A program made the translations under genes and the position numbers. Of a stretch of 64,000 nucleotides of DNA, positions 39,001-47,256 are shown piece by piece. The first letter of the stretch is position 1; every line of letters starts with the position of its first letter. Where the stretch lies: positions 6,089 to 70,088 of IMG/VR virus record IMGVR_UViG_3300042366_000810. One strand, given 5' to 3'. This DNA comes from a virus (taxonomy: Duplodnaviria; Caudoviricetes). Below the pieces are notes generated by a model, which had not been told where the DNA came from, ran no database searches, and saw nothing but the letters and a program-made list of their open reading frames with translations.

Positions 39001-40215
39001 CCAAAAAATAGTGATGGAACAACAAATACTGTAATCTATAATGTTTTGTTTTATAAAATTAAAAAAGAAGTTGGAACTTCTGTAGCAATACCAGAAAGAT
39101 TGTGGGGAGGTTTGGCCAGTATATTAGTAGACGATGGACGATTTACTGGACAGTATAGATATGTGGGAGAGCAAAATCCAACAGTGTATGATCTTTCAGT
39201 AGAATACGTAGATATTGGGTCTACACGTAGATTTTATTTATATTTAAATAATAAACATATTGCAACTGTAGATGATACCAACCCTTTGCCAAAATATAAT
39301 AATATGGCTTTATTTGTTAGAGGATCATCAAAATGTATGTTTGAAAACATATATGCTTTAACAGAAAATTATGCACAAAATACAGTATTTAAAGTTGGAC
39401 AACCTGTATCTGGTGCATTCGGAATAGAAGAAATTGGGGCAAACGAAGCATTAAGAAAATACTCAATTAGTGGAATAATTCAATCAACTTATTTATCTGG
39501 AATAAGTTCTCAGCAATCTCCAGAGTATAATATTTATTTTGACGAATTTGGAACAATCATGAGAGAATGTGCATATTTTAATATTAAATATGATAAGGCT
39601 TATCCAGCAATATATGCAAAATTATCACCAACATTTAACAGAATTAAGGGATATACTACTTCTGGGTTTTATGCTGGATCCTATGGTGCAGAATTTTTAA
39701 TTTTTAATAATACCGATTCAGCATTAAATCTAGATGAAACTACTGGAAATTATCTTAGAATCCAGGGTATAACATTTACTCAAGATACCACTTATACATT
39801 AAGTGTAGACGATTATTTTAATAGACGTTCTAATTTATCTAATCCAATAATAGTTGATGATGTTGTTATTAGATCTCCAGAAATTTCATTAGAGCAGTAC
39901 AATGAAATAAGACAAAGTAGATTAAAATATGGAATAAGTGATTTTACTATTGAGGCTCCTTATATTCAAAAAACTGATGATGCAGAAAACTTACTTGGAT
40001 GGATAATTAATAAATCCATGAAACCTAAAAAAATGATTGGTGCTAATATTTACTCATTGCCTATTTTACAATTAGGAGATATTGTAAAAATTGATTATAT
40101 TAAAGATGATGTAAGTGTTGTAAGTGATCCAGACACTAAATTTATAATCTATAATATTGAGTATGAAAGAAAATCTGAAGGACCAGATATGACATTATAT
40201 TTGGCGGAGGTATAA
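36028..40215 (+). CDS. Large tail tip / baseplate hub protein
   Basis: About 1395 aa; LAISTQSAMFFDEYNNF hub-like motif; start set at the TAATG-coupled ATG 36028. Confidence 0.65.
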   Translation: MFSNIDLIEHLKSSDSISLNSVVISEWNLNIPGNIKKIGNYRYRQTESNSIYNTLPNTYDPSDLGDYYTDATISYAISPTQVDNNNNLQNFYSEQQKMSTLFSLESCTYPFRPRSGINKTMYFPVKRSNISSNFSGVYLPNNTQFGNYQPRYYMASRDDQFKYWTSYRKEDNVERGIANKILNNRYIIDDACPFIVYTKEIPTNRIVIKMQTNVGYVDSGSYQTTGSSFTDPFYGYQNQTTPSRFKIQILKDDSWVDIFRVNENDTRNDGSPIINADGYLEIFYYDNQWFVGSSTVDYDTPFVTDLTDPITEIDSNTGVEYYKEFQYIKGIRMVVESMNKFDSTFDLIEISPRLTADISNKVLNFKINKMLSDMNSGALPVGQLLASTGEIEIFDEDFSFNENNSNSIIYDYLNKNIKVTFYENIFDSNSIDYFIPIKTLYADGFPQSNTNDATIKLTLRDFYFYFESQKAPEILLTDVSLSVAISMLLDSIGFTNYSFKRLSNQVDPIIPYFFISPGQNIAEVLNQLAISTQSAMFFDEYNNFIVMSKEYMMPDNNERDIDFTLVGTNTQTGIFVNPDAESPQVTNYNSENYLPNIINIASENKRIYNDGRINYTNRYIQRQYSSIKQSALVDQEKTWIYKPALLWEVSGDNATKSINEQVAKQGNFILGAMPLNSNLTSELPKVVNNVLINNIIDIGENVYFLTRYKGYLYSSGEVIRYDAAQFNVSGIGNVWISNNQEYQDYFGALPFNGKIYPTGLLRIYSVPFYETVNNISRLKNGSVVEHGRGQFGTQVTNHHAGISDYWSNNSYVRGCEMKSSLLFSTSPSPILPNTELGNAGINNSLAQKSSRTGIIKNFLASNYLSETEMNNLKSTNTGTIQSSALVMTGPAFETTQSPIDFISYTYKELPNTYKHFGTRMRIIGKVENNENKLQTPIGSAPYYQIPKSDPSQNINIGGGSGGLALMLNSSNNNGYYFEIAALTENNVESYMPKNSDGTTNTVIYNVLFYKIKKEVGTSVAIPERLWGGLASILVDDGRFTGQYRYVGEQNPTVYDLSVEYVDIGSTRRFYLYLNNKHIATVDDTNPLPKYNNMALFVRGSSKCMFENIYALTENYAQNTVFKVGQPVSGAFGIEEIGANEALRKYSISGIIQSTYLSGISSQQSPEYNIYFDEFGTIMRECAYFNIKYDKAYPAIYAKLSPTFNRIKGYTTSGFYAGSYGAEFLIFNNTDSALNLDETTGNYLRIQGITFTQDTTYTLSVDDYFNRRSNLSNPIIVDDVVIRSPEISLEQYNEIRQSRLKYGISDFTIEAPYIQKTDDAENLLGWIINKSMKPKKMIGANIYSLPILQLGDIVKIDYIKDDVSVVSDPDTKFIIYNIEYERKSEGPDMTLYLAEV

Positions 40216-40216
40216 A

Positions 40217-40873
40217 GTGGCACAATCTTGGAACCCATTAAGTGGATTAAGAGTAAACCCAAATACAGATCCAACTCGTGCATATCAACCAGAAAGCGGA
40301 AAACCAATTGCTCCACAATATACAAGCATTACACACTATGTCGACTCCTCAGTTCAAAATATGCCAATCAAGGCTCCTGCGTTAGAATCTAATTTAACGG
40401 CAACTCCTCCAACACCAATTTCACCAATACAGCCAGAACCCGCTAAACCAATGGTAAAAAGTGCAACACCAGAAATTATTTTATTTGATGATGAAACAGT
40501 TCCTATTGAAATTATGACAGATTTAATATTTGAAAACATTGGAGGACAAGAAATATTGGCTTTAACAAGACACGACATAGTATCTGGAGATTTTATTCCA
40601 AAACAATTAATAAAAAATATTAGTGTTTTAAATCAATCGTATGCGTCTAAAAATATTTTAGGAGTTCAAAGTACTTCTGATAAATATTTTGGTAATTATT
40701 CTATTAAACTAGAAAATAAAATACCAGACGAAGCGGGCGGTCCAAATAATAATAATATTTATATAGAAAATGCTACAGGAGATTTAATTATTGAGGTGAT
40801 AAATATGTTATCTGACGAACAAATAGAGGTTCAGATTGGCTTAGGTGGTACAATATATGATACGGAGTTTTAA
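40217..40873 (+). CDS. Hypothetical tail-region protein
   Basis: GTG start after GGAGG; Pro-rich N-half. Confidence 0.6.
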   Translation: MAQSWNPLSGLRVNPNTDPTRAYQPESGKPIAPQYTSITHYVDSSVQNMPIKAPALESNLTATPPTPISPIQPEPAKPMVKSATPEIILFDDETVPIEIMTDLIFENIGGQEILALTRHDIVSGDFIPKQLIKNISVLNQSYASKNILGVQSTSDKYFGNYSIKLENKIPDEAGGPNNNNIYIENATGDLIIEVINMLSDEQIEVQIGLGGTIYDTEF

Positions 40874-41985
40874 TGATTACTAATACTGGAAAATCTATTA
40901 TAGCCAAGTACCTACTTGGACAGGCTCCATCCTATGCCTCTTATATAGCCGTAGGGTGCGGTAAAAAGCCTTTAGATACCTCTAGCAGCCCCGAAGACTA
41001 TTCCAATAAGGAAAACCTTGAGTTCGAGATGTTTCGTGTTCCTATTACCTCTAAAGGATATATTGTTGAAAATAATATTTCAAAAATAGTTTTAACAGCA
41101 GAATTACCAACAGAAGAAAGATATGAGATTTCCGAAGTTGGTGTTTATTCTGCGGGTGCAAATCCATCTGCAGGATCTTATGATAGTAAGACAGTTATAG
41201 GTTTTTCTTCAGCAGAAACCTGGACTAATGAAACTGGAAATGAAATAACAACAATTGCTGGACCACTTGATGGATCTGCAAATGATGATATTATTGAAAC
41301 CTCAGAGTATATATTTAAAACTAATACAGATAATAGAATATTTTTTAATCCAGAAAGAGCAGCACGATATGAAAGGTGTCGATTTTTAAATAACGTAATA
41401 GTTGTGCGTGGAGACTCTTGTAATATTACAGAAAGTGGTGGACATTTTGTAGTTGGCTCAAATCCAAAATATATAAAAATTAATGGCGTTTCTTTAGATT
41501 TTTCTAAAAATACTCCTATCGATGAATTAAGATTAGCATTTTCAATTATTAATAAAGATGGTGAATCATTAACTATTCCAGATGAAGCAAAAATTATGAT
41601 TGAGTTTACTGGATCAGATACTTCTAAATTTGCTAGATTTGAAACAACTGTAACAAATGGCGTCGGCAGTCCAGTAGTTGATCTTTCAACTAATAGATAT
41701 TTTATAAAAACAAAACAGTTACAAGAATTATACACAACAAATGATTTTACTTGGAATTCAGTAAATACAATTAATATTTATTCATGTATTAAAGATGGTG
41801 GAGTTGTAACTGATGATTTTTACATAATGTTAGATGCCTTAAGATTAGAAAATGTTAGTGCTGCAAATCCACTTTATGGTTTAACTGGTTATGCTGTTAT
41901 TCAAAATGATACGGCAGAAACAATTATTAAAACCTCTAATACAAGTAATTATATTGAATTTAGATTTTCTGTAGGAGTTAGTTAA
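40873..41985 (+). CDS. Baseplate / tail-collar-like structural protein
   Basis: MITNTGKSIIAKYL..YIAVGCG..L.FEMFR..AEL..ISEVG(V)Y resembles tail-collar/baseplate N-termini. Confidence 0.55.
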   Translation: MITNTGKSIIAKYLLGQAPSYASYIAVGCGKKPLDTSSSPEDYSNKENLEFEMFRVPITSKGYIVENNISKIVLTAELPTEERYEISEVGVYSAGANPSAGSYDSKTVIGFSSAETWTNETGNEITTIAGPLDGSANDDIIETSEYIFKTNTDNRIFFNPERAARYERCRFLNNVIVVRGDSCNITESGGHFVVGSNPKYIKINGVSLDFSKNTPIDELRLAFSIINKDGESLTIPDEAKIMIEFTGSDTSKFARFETTVTNGVGSPVVDLSTNRYFIKTKQLQELYTTNDFTWNSVNTINIYSCIKDGGVVTDDFYIMLDALRLENVSAANPLYGLTGYAVIQNDTAETIIKTSNTSNYIEFRFSVGVS

Positions 41986-42482
41986 TGGCACAACAAATAA
42001 AAAAATTTAGAATAAAAAATGTAAACCTTCCACCAATGATTGTAGATAAAGAAGGATATGTGGTGAGATATAGAGTTATATCAGAAGATAGAAATAGATA
42101 TTCCCACTGGTCTCCAGTTAATATAATTGAACCTGGATATACATTTAATTCTGGCTCTATTACTTTTAATAAAAATGGTTCTATTGCAAGTTTTGCCTGG
42201 GATGCAGTAGAAATAAATATTGGAGATAATGAAATTAGACAGGCCAATGAGTATGATGTTTGGATTAGGTGGGATAGAGGAGACAATGGAGATTGGATAT
42301 ATAAAGAAAGACTAGAAGGAACAAATGTATCTTTCCCAATACCTTCAACATATAAAATAAATGGTATTACTCAGGCTTCTGCACCAAATAAAGTTTCTAT
42401 TGAAATATATTTAAAAGGAACTCCAATAACTAGAAATTCAAATTTTTTATTAGTTTATGCAGATGGACCACACACAGTTTAA
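41985..42482 (+). CDS. Hypothetical Ig/Fn3-like tail protein
   Basis: YRVISEDRNRYSHWSP, Fn3-like C-strand motif. Confidence 0.5.
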   Translation: MAQQIKKFRIKNVNLPPMIVDKEGYVVRYRVISEDRNRYSHWSPVNIIEPGYTFNSGSITFNKNGSIASFAWDAVEINIGDNEIRQANEYDVWIRWDRGDNGDWIYKERLEGTNVSFPIPSTYKINGITQASAPNKVSIEIYLKGTPITRNSNFLLVYADGPHTV

Positions 42483-42507
42483 TGATATACTTTAATAGGA
42501 GGAAATA

Positions 42508-42948
42508 ATGGCAAAAATACCACTACCAGAACGAGGACAGCCACTTGATGTAACATATTTATACAAGATGGCAGAGGCAGTTAATGATTTAGCAACTCAA
42601 GTTTCTTCCGCAACATATAAATATTCTGCCGTAGACACCTTTACCGCTGGACAACAAAATTTAAAAACAGCAGATTTAAAGGTTATTGCAAAATACGAAA
42701 ATATTTACAATAATGCTACAGTAACGGCTGCTTCAGAAAAAACATTTAGTTCTACATTTCCAGAGTTTAAATTTGCTCCAATTGTTACAGCATCTATCGT
42801 AAACGTTGGAAATACATCCTCTGGAAAAGATACAACAGTTGTTTTAACATCAATTACAACATCAAGGGTTGACGGAGTAATTAAGTTTGCATCTGGAGGA
42901 GATCTATCTATTGGTGTAAACTTAATTATTGTTGGTGTTCCTAATTAA
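42508..42948 (+). CDS. Tail fibre/tip protein with H-type-lectin-like C-terminus
   Basis: F..EFKFAPIVTAS..V....IT.S..G..NLIIVG pattern. Confidence 0.45.
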   Translation: MAKIPLPERGQPLDVTYLYKMAEAVNDLATQVSSATYKYSAVDTFTAGQQNLKTADLKVIAKYENIYNNATVTAASEKTFSSTFPEFKFAPIVTASIVNVGNTSSGKDTTVVLTSITTSRVDGVIKFASGGDLSIGVNLIIVGVPN

Positions 42949-43142
42949 TGATTAAATGTGAAAAATGTAAAAAAAGAATGTTTATTGATAGGGTCTATAC
43001 TAGACCAGAACATTTAGAAGTGTTTTGTTTATGTTGTGGCTCTAGAAAATTTTATAATCCACCTAGTGCATCGAGTGAGGGAACATGGCTACTTCAAAAG
43101 GAAAAATTGTTAGCCAAGAGTACAACAAATCGCCTATCATAA
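42948..43142 (+). CDS. Zn-ribbon protein
   Basis: CEKC...CLCC motif. Confidence 0.65.
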   Translation: MIKCEKCKKRMFIDRVYTRPEHLEVFCLCCGSRKFYNPPSASSEGTWLLQKEKLLAKSTTNRLS

Positions 43143-43630
43143 AAGGCAAACAAACTGTTTGGTTTTTAAATAATGATTTAGTAAAAATTCATCATTATAA
43201 TAGATCTGATGGAACCGTTGCTTTACAAAATGTTAATAAAGATAGAATAGAAATTTGTTTTATTTTAGATTTTAAAAAGAAAAGGGAAAGAGCGTATACT
43301 ATATCAGAAACGGCACATCTTGTCAATAGGCATAGAAAATATATGCCAAGTTTAATAAAGCGTGGTGTTATTCCTCCACCAACAGGAATGACTGTTGATG
43401 GTAAGCGTGGTTTTAAAATTCGTGCATATTATTCTGAATCGCAAGTTAAAGAGATTCGTGATATACTTGCAAGTACCCATATTGGCAAACCAAGAAAGGA
43501 CGGTTTGATAACAAATAATATGACTCCTACAAAACAAGAGTTGACACGAAGAATGGGTGATGGTATACTTACTTATACAAAAACTGAAGATGGAAGATTT
43601 ATTCCAATTTGGAATGAGTCAATTAACTAG
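43085..43630 (+). CDS. Helix-turn-helix DNA-binding protein (MerR/excisionase-like C-half)
   Basis: AYTISETAHLVNRHRKYMPSLIKRGVIPPP..RAYYSESQV. Confidence 0.6.
   Translation: MATSKGKIVSQEYNKSPIIKGKQTVWFLNNDLVKIHHYNRSDGTVALQNVNKDRIEICFILDFKKKRERAYTISETAHLVNRHRKYMPSLIKRGVIPPPTGMTVDGKRGFKIRAYYSESQVKEIRDILASTHIGKPRKDGLITNNMTPTKQELTRRMGDGILTYTKTEDGRFIPIWNESIN
43541..43569 (+). promoter_or_regulatory. Consensus sigma-70 promoter TTGACA-N17-TATACT preceding the replication genes
   Basis: Perfect -35, 17-nt spacer and extended -10; lies inside the 3' end of the HTH gene. Confidence 0.7.
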
Positions 43631-43645
43631 CCCTTGGGAGGGGTA

Positions 43646-43852
43646 ATGAATAACGAAGACACTAAAGTAACAGTAACACTTGGCTACACAAAAAACTTAG
43701 GTAACTTTGAGTCATTAAGACTTGATTTAGGAGTTACAGATAGTCGTCGAGATGGCGAAAATATTAACGATGCTTTTGAGCGAGTGTATAAATTTGTTGA
43801 AGATAAATTAACACAAAAAATAACAGAAGCAAATAAAGAATTATCTGAGTAA
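43646..43852 (+). CDS. Small hypothetical protein
   Basis: RBS GGGAGG then ATG 43646; VTLGYTKNLGNFESLRLDLG. Confidence 0.7.
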   Translation: MNNEDTKVTVTLGYTKNLGNFESLRLDLGVTDSRRDGENINDAFERVYKFVEDKLTQKITEANKELSE

Positions 43853-44169
43853 TGCCTAGAAAAAGTAGTGTTGCTGAAAGGCATTCATTGCTTAGTAGGT
43901 ATGACAAATTATACAAAGAGGTATATAGTATTAGTCCAACCTATAATAGAAATATAGAGCAATGGGCTTCATCAGATTTAATAGATTCTTATACCTTACC
44001 AATGTGTTATCGCATGATTGAGTATTATTTTTTAAATAGTTCAAGGCATGATTGGTCACATTTTGTATATTCTGCTGATAAAATTTACAAAAATATTATA
44101 GAAATTGATAAAGATAAAGAAGAAAGATTTCAAAGAAGAATTTTAGCAAGGAGGTGGTTAAGTGAATGA
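43852..44169 (+). CDS. Hypothetical protein upstream of the helicase (possible loader)
   Basis: Coupled on both sides; function inferred only from position. Confidence 0.55.
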   Translation: MPRKSSVAERHSLLSRYDKLYKEVYSISPTYNRNIEQWASSDLIDSYTLPMCYRMIEYYFLNSSRHDWSHFVYSADKIYKNIIEIDKDKEERFQRRILARRWLSE

Positions 44170-45388
44170 TATAGAGTCAAAACTTATTACCGCTGTTCTT
44201 ACAGATAAGCAGTTTTATGTTTTAATGCAGTCTGAAGCAAGAACAATGATGCAAACTCATGGAGACATATTAGAGTTTATACAAAAATATCATGATGTAA
44301 ACGCTATGGTACCGCCTTTGTCTTTGGTCGTTGAAAAGTTTAGAGATTTTGAACCAGCAAAAGATTTTGGTGCAACAAAATATCACCTTGAGGAATTACA
44401 ACAACATTATCTTAATAATACATTAAAAGATATTTTGCGATCTGCAGCGGGAGATGTTCAAAATGGAAATGGTGATATTGCCTTACAAGAATTAATTACA
44501 AAAACTTCAGAATTAAAGAAAAATACTTCAGCAATAAAAGATATTGATGCCACAAATTTAGAAGATGCAATAGCACACTTTATTCATACTAAAAAACTTA
44601 AAGACCAGGGCATGGTTGGCATAAGAACAGGTTTGCCAGGGTTTGACAATTACCTCCCATCTGGAATCATGCCAGGACAACTTGGTGTTTTTCTAGCATA
44701 TCCAGGAATTGGCAAATCTTGGCTTTCTCTTTATTTTGCAGTACAAGCGTGGAAGCAAGGAAGATCTCCATTAATTGTTAGTCTTGAAATGTCCGAAACT
44801 GAAGTTAGAAATAGAACTTACGCAATTATGGGTGAAGGAGTTTGGTCTCATCGTAAATTAAGTAATGGTGAGGTTGAATTGGATATGTTTAAATCTTGGC
44901 ATCAAAACAAATTACAAGGTAAGCCAGAATTTCATATCATTTCTAACGATAGTGGTGGAGATGTAACTCCATCTGTTATTAGTGGAAAAATAAATCAATA
45001 CCGTCCTGATTTTGTTATTGTTGATTACATGCAATTAATGAATTCTAACCAAAAGGCTGAAAGCGAAACGGTAAGAATGAAAAATCTTTCAAGAGAATTA
45101 AAACTATTAGCAATTAGTCAAAAGGTTCCTATTATTGCTATCTCATCTGCAACTCCCGATGACATAACAAAACTTGAAACAGTTCCTACTCTTGGTCAAA
45201 CAGCATGGTCTAGACAAATAGCATACGATGCTGACTGGGTATTAGCCCTTGGTCGTGCTGCCAATAGTGATATTATAGAATGTGTTTTTAGAAAAAATAG
45301 AAATGGTTTTATGGGAGAGTTTTTAGTTCAAGTAGATTTTGATAAAGGATATTATAGGTATAAAGATTATGAAGATAATAATGTATAA
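44162..45388 (+). CDS. dnaB: Replicative DnaB-like helicase
   Basis: AYPGIGKS (Walker A), SLEMS, VIVDYMQLM, SRELKLLA, IAYDADWVLAL, KNRNG. Confidence 0.92.
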   Translation: MNDIESKLITAVLTDKQFYVLMQSEARTMMQTHGDILEFIQKYHDVNAMVPPLSLVVEKFRDFEPAKDFGATKYHLEELQQHYLNNTLKDILRSAAGDVQNGNGDIALQELITKTSELKKNTSAIKDIDATNLEDAIAHFIHTKKLKDQGMVGIRTGLPGFDNYLPSGIMPGQLGVFLAYPGIGKSWLSLYFAVQAWKQGRSPLIVSLEMSETEVRNRTYAIMGEGVWSHRKLSNGEVELDMFKSWHQNKLQGKPEFHIISNDSGGDVTPSVISGKINQYRPDFVIVDYMQLMNSNQKAESETVRMKNLSRELKLLAISQKVPIIAISSATPDDITKLETVPTLGQTAWSRQIAYDADWVLALGRAANSDIIECVFRKNRNGFMGEFLVQVDFDKGYYRYKDYEDNNV

Positions 45389-45394
45389 TAAAGT

Positions 45395-45718
45395 ATGTCC
45401 TTTCATCATAAACAAATTAAAGGGTTTTCAATCGAGGGAGTCGTTCTCGATGACCTTGCTGTCCCTAGAATTAAAGATGAATACATAAGATTATTAAAGT
45501 CACAAATGAGAATTGCCTCATATGTGCCAAGAATAGATATAAATCCAGATGTTACAACTGAATATAATAATAAAAAAAATAACTTTACTATAAAAATTAC
45601 ATTATACGGAGTAAAATTAGACAAGGAACAGTTAGAATGTATAGAAGCAATAAACGAGCACAAGCCGATATATATACGGGAGAGCAAGTACAAAGAGTCC
45701 TTAATGGATGCGGTATAG
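45395..45718 (+). CDS. Hypothetical protein
   Basis: TATAAT 5 nt before ATG; intact ORF. Confidence 0.6.
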   Translation: MSFHHKQIKGFSIEGVVLDDLAVPRIKDEYIRLLKSQMRIASYVPRIDINPDVTTEYNNKKNNFTIKITLYGVKLDKEQLECIEAINEHKPIYIRESKYKESLMDAV

Positions 45719-46581
45719 ACACTAAGTCTGAAATGGAAGGAGATTTTATGATCTTCTGTCCATATCATAATAATTTTAGAACAGCCTCTGCAGAAGTAAA
45801 TAAAACTACAGGATTATTTTTTTGTTTTTCTTGTCAAGAAACAGCAACTCTAATAGATTTAGTTATGCATGTAAGTAATCGCACATATTTTGAAAGTGTT
45901 AGATATATAAAATCAAAAGAGCAAGAGCAAAATATTGAGCAGTTAGTGTCAAAAAAACTTATTGAAAAAAAAGATTTTATAGAGTTTGACTCTGAATTAA
46001 TAGATAAATTAAATGAGCAAGCATTAAAGTCAGAAAGAGCAGTTAAATATTTTGAAAAAAGACTAATTACAAAAGATTCAATTGTTAAATTTAAACTTGG
46101 ATATTCAGAAAAACAGGATATGGTGGTCGTGCCTGTACATACTGCCACTGGCATTTGTATAGGAATTGTTGGAAGGTCTATTGAAGGCAAAGAGTTTAAA
46201 AATAGTCCAGGTTTACCAAAATCAAAAACATTATTTAATATTAATAGAGTAAAAACAGCCAATAGGGTATATGTTGTTGAGTCCTCATTTGATGTAATAA
46301 GATTAGATCAAGTAGGATTGCCAGCAGTTGCTACACTTGGGGCTAATGTGTCTACACAACAAATAGAATTGCTTCAAAAATATTTTAATGATATTATGGT
46401 TATTGCAGATAATGATGAAGCAGGCGGAAATATGAAAAATAAGATAATTGAAAAACTTAAATCTCGTGTTTCTGTTATACAACTTAATAAAGAATATAAG
46501 GATATAGGAGATATGGATGATCAGGCAATAAAAAATTTAGAGTTTCAGTTTGACAAATCTATATCTTCTATGCTAAACTAA
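45637..46581 (+). CDS. dnaG: DNA primase (CHC2 Zn finger + TOPRIM)
   Basis: CPYH..FFCFSC Zn finger; VVESSFD, ATLG, ADNDEAG, KDIGD TOPRIM motifs. Confidence 0.9.
   Translation: MYRSNKRAQADIYTGEQVQRVLNGCGIDTKSEMEGDFMIFCPYHNNFRTASAEVNKTTGLFFCFSCQETATLIDLVMHVSNRTYFESVRYIKSKEQEQNIEQLVSKKLIEKKDFIEFDSELIDKLNEQALKSERAVKYFEKRLITKDSIVKFKLGYSEKQDMVVVPVHTATGICIGIVGRSIEGKEFKNSPGLPKSKTLFNINRVKTANRVYVVESSFDVIRLDQVGLPAVATLGANVSTQQIELLQKYFNDIMVIADNDEAGGNMKNKIIEKLKSRVSVIQLNKEYKDIGDMDDQAIKNLEFQFDKSISSMLN
46550..46579 (+). promoter_or_regulatory. Promoter TTGACA-N18-TAAACT (extended -10) for the SSB gene
   Basis: Followed by RBS AAGGAG and ATG 46605. Confidence 0.6.
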
Positions 46582-46604
46582 ACATACGAACAAAGGAGAA
46601 AACT

Positions 46605-47255
46605 ATGAGCGTTATTAAGGGACTAAAAAATATCAACGCCCTGCTCGATAAACCAAAATCAGATACACCAAAAGTACGTTGGCTAAAATTGGCTGACGGA
46701 CAATCAGTAAAAATCCGTTTCATTGAAGAACTAGATGAAGATTCATCTAACTATAATGCAGACAGAGGTTTAGCATTAGTAGTCAAAGAACATACAAATC
46801 CAAAAGACTATAAGCGTAAGGCTGTAGACACTATGGATACAGAAGGTCGTGACTGGGCAGAAGAAATGCACAGAAAAGATCCAAAGGCTGGATGGAGAGC
46901 ACGTTTGCGTTTTTATTGCAACGTACTTGTCGACGACGGTATTGAAGCACCATATGTAGCAATTTGGTCTATGGGTGTTAGTAAGCAATCATCTTTTAAC
47001 ACTATTCGTGAATATGCTTTAGAGACAGGAAGTATCTCTAACCTTACTTGGAAATTAAAGCGAAATGGTCAGGGTACTGAAACTAGTTACACTCTAATTC
47101 CATCATCTCCTGATAAAGAGCCATTTGATTGGTCATCAATTACACCATATCCACTTGAAATGGCCCTTAAGCGTGTTCCATATGCAGAGCAAGAATCCTT
47201 TTATTTAGGATACGACTCACCATCTATTACCTCATCTACCAACGCAGATTGGTAA
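46605..47255 (+). CDS. Phage single-stranded DNA-binding protein
   Basis: WLKLADGQSVKIRFI..FYCNVLVD..KLKRNGQGTETSY OB-fold phage SSB pattern; lies between primase and polymerase. Confidence 0.7.
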   Translation: MSVIKGLKNINALLDKPKSDTPKVRWLKLADGQSVKIRFIEELDEDSSNYNADRGLALVVKEHTNPKDYKRKAVDTMDTEGRDWAEEMHRKDPKAGWRARLRFYCNVLVDDGIEAPYVAIWSMGVSKQSSFNTIREYALETGSISNLTWKLKRNGQGTETSYTLIPSSPDKEPFDWSSITPYPLEMALKRVPYAEQESFYLGYDSPSITSSTNADW

Positions 47256-47256
47256 T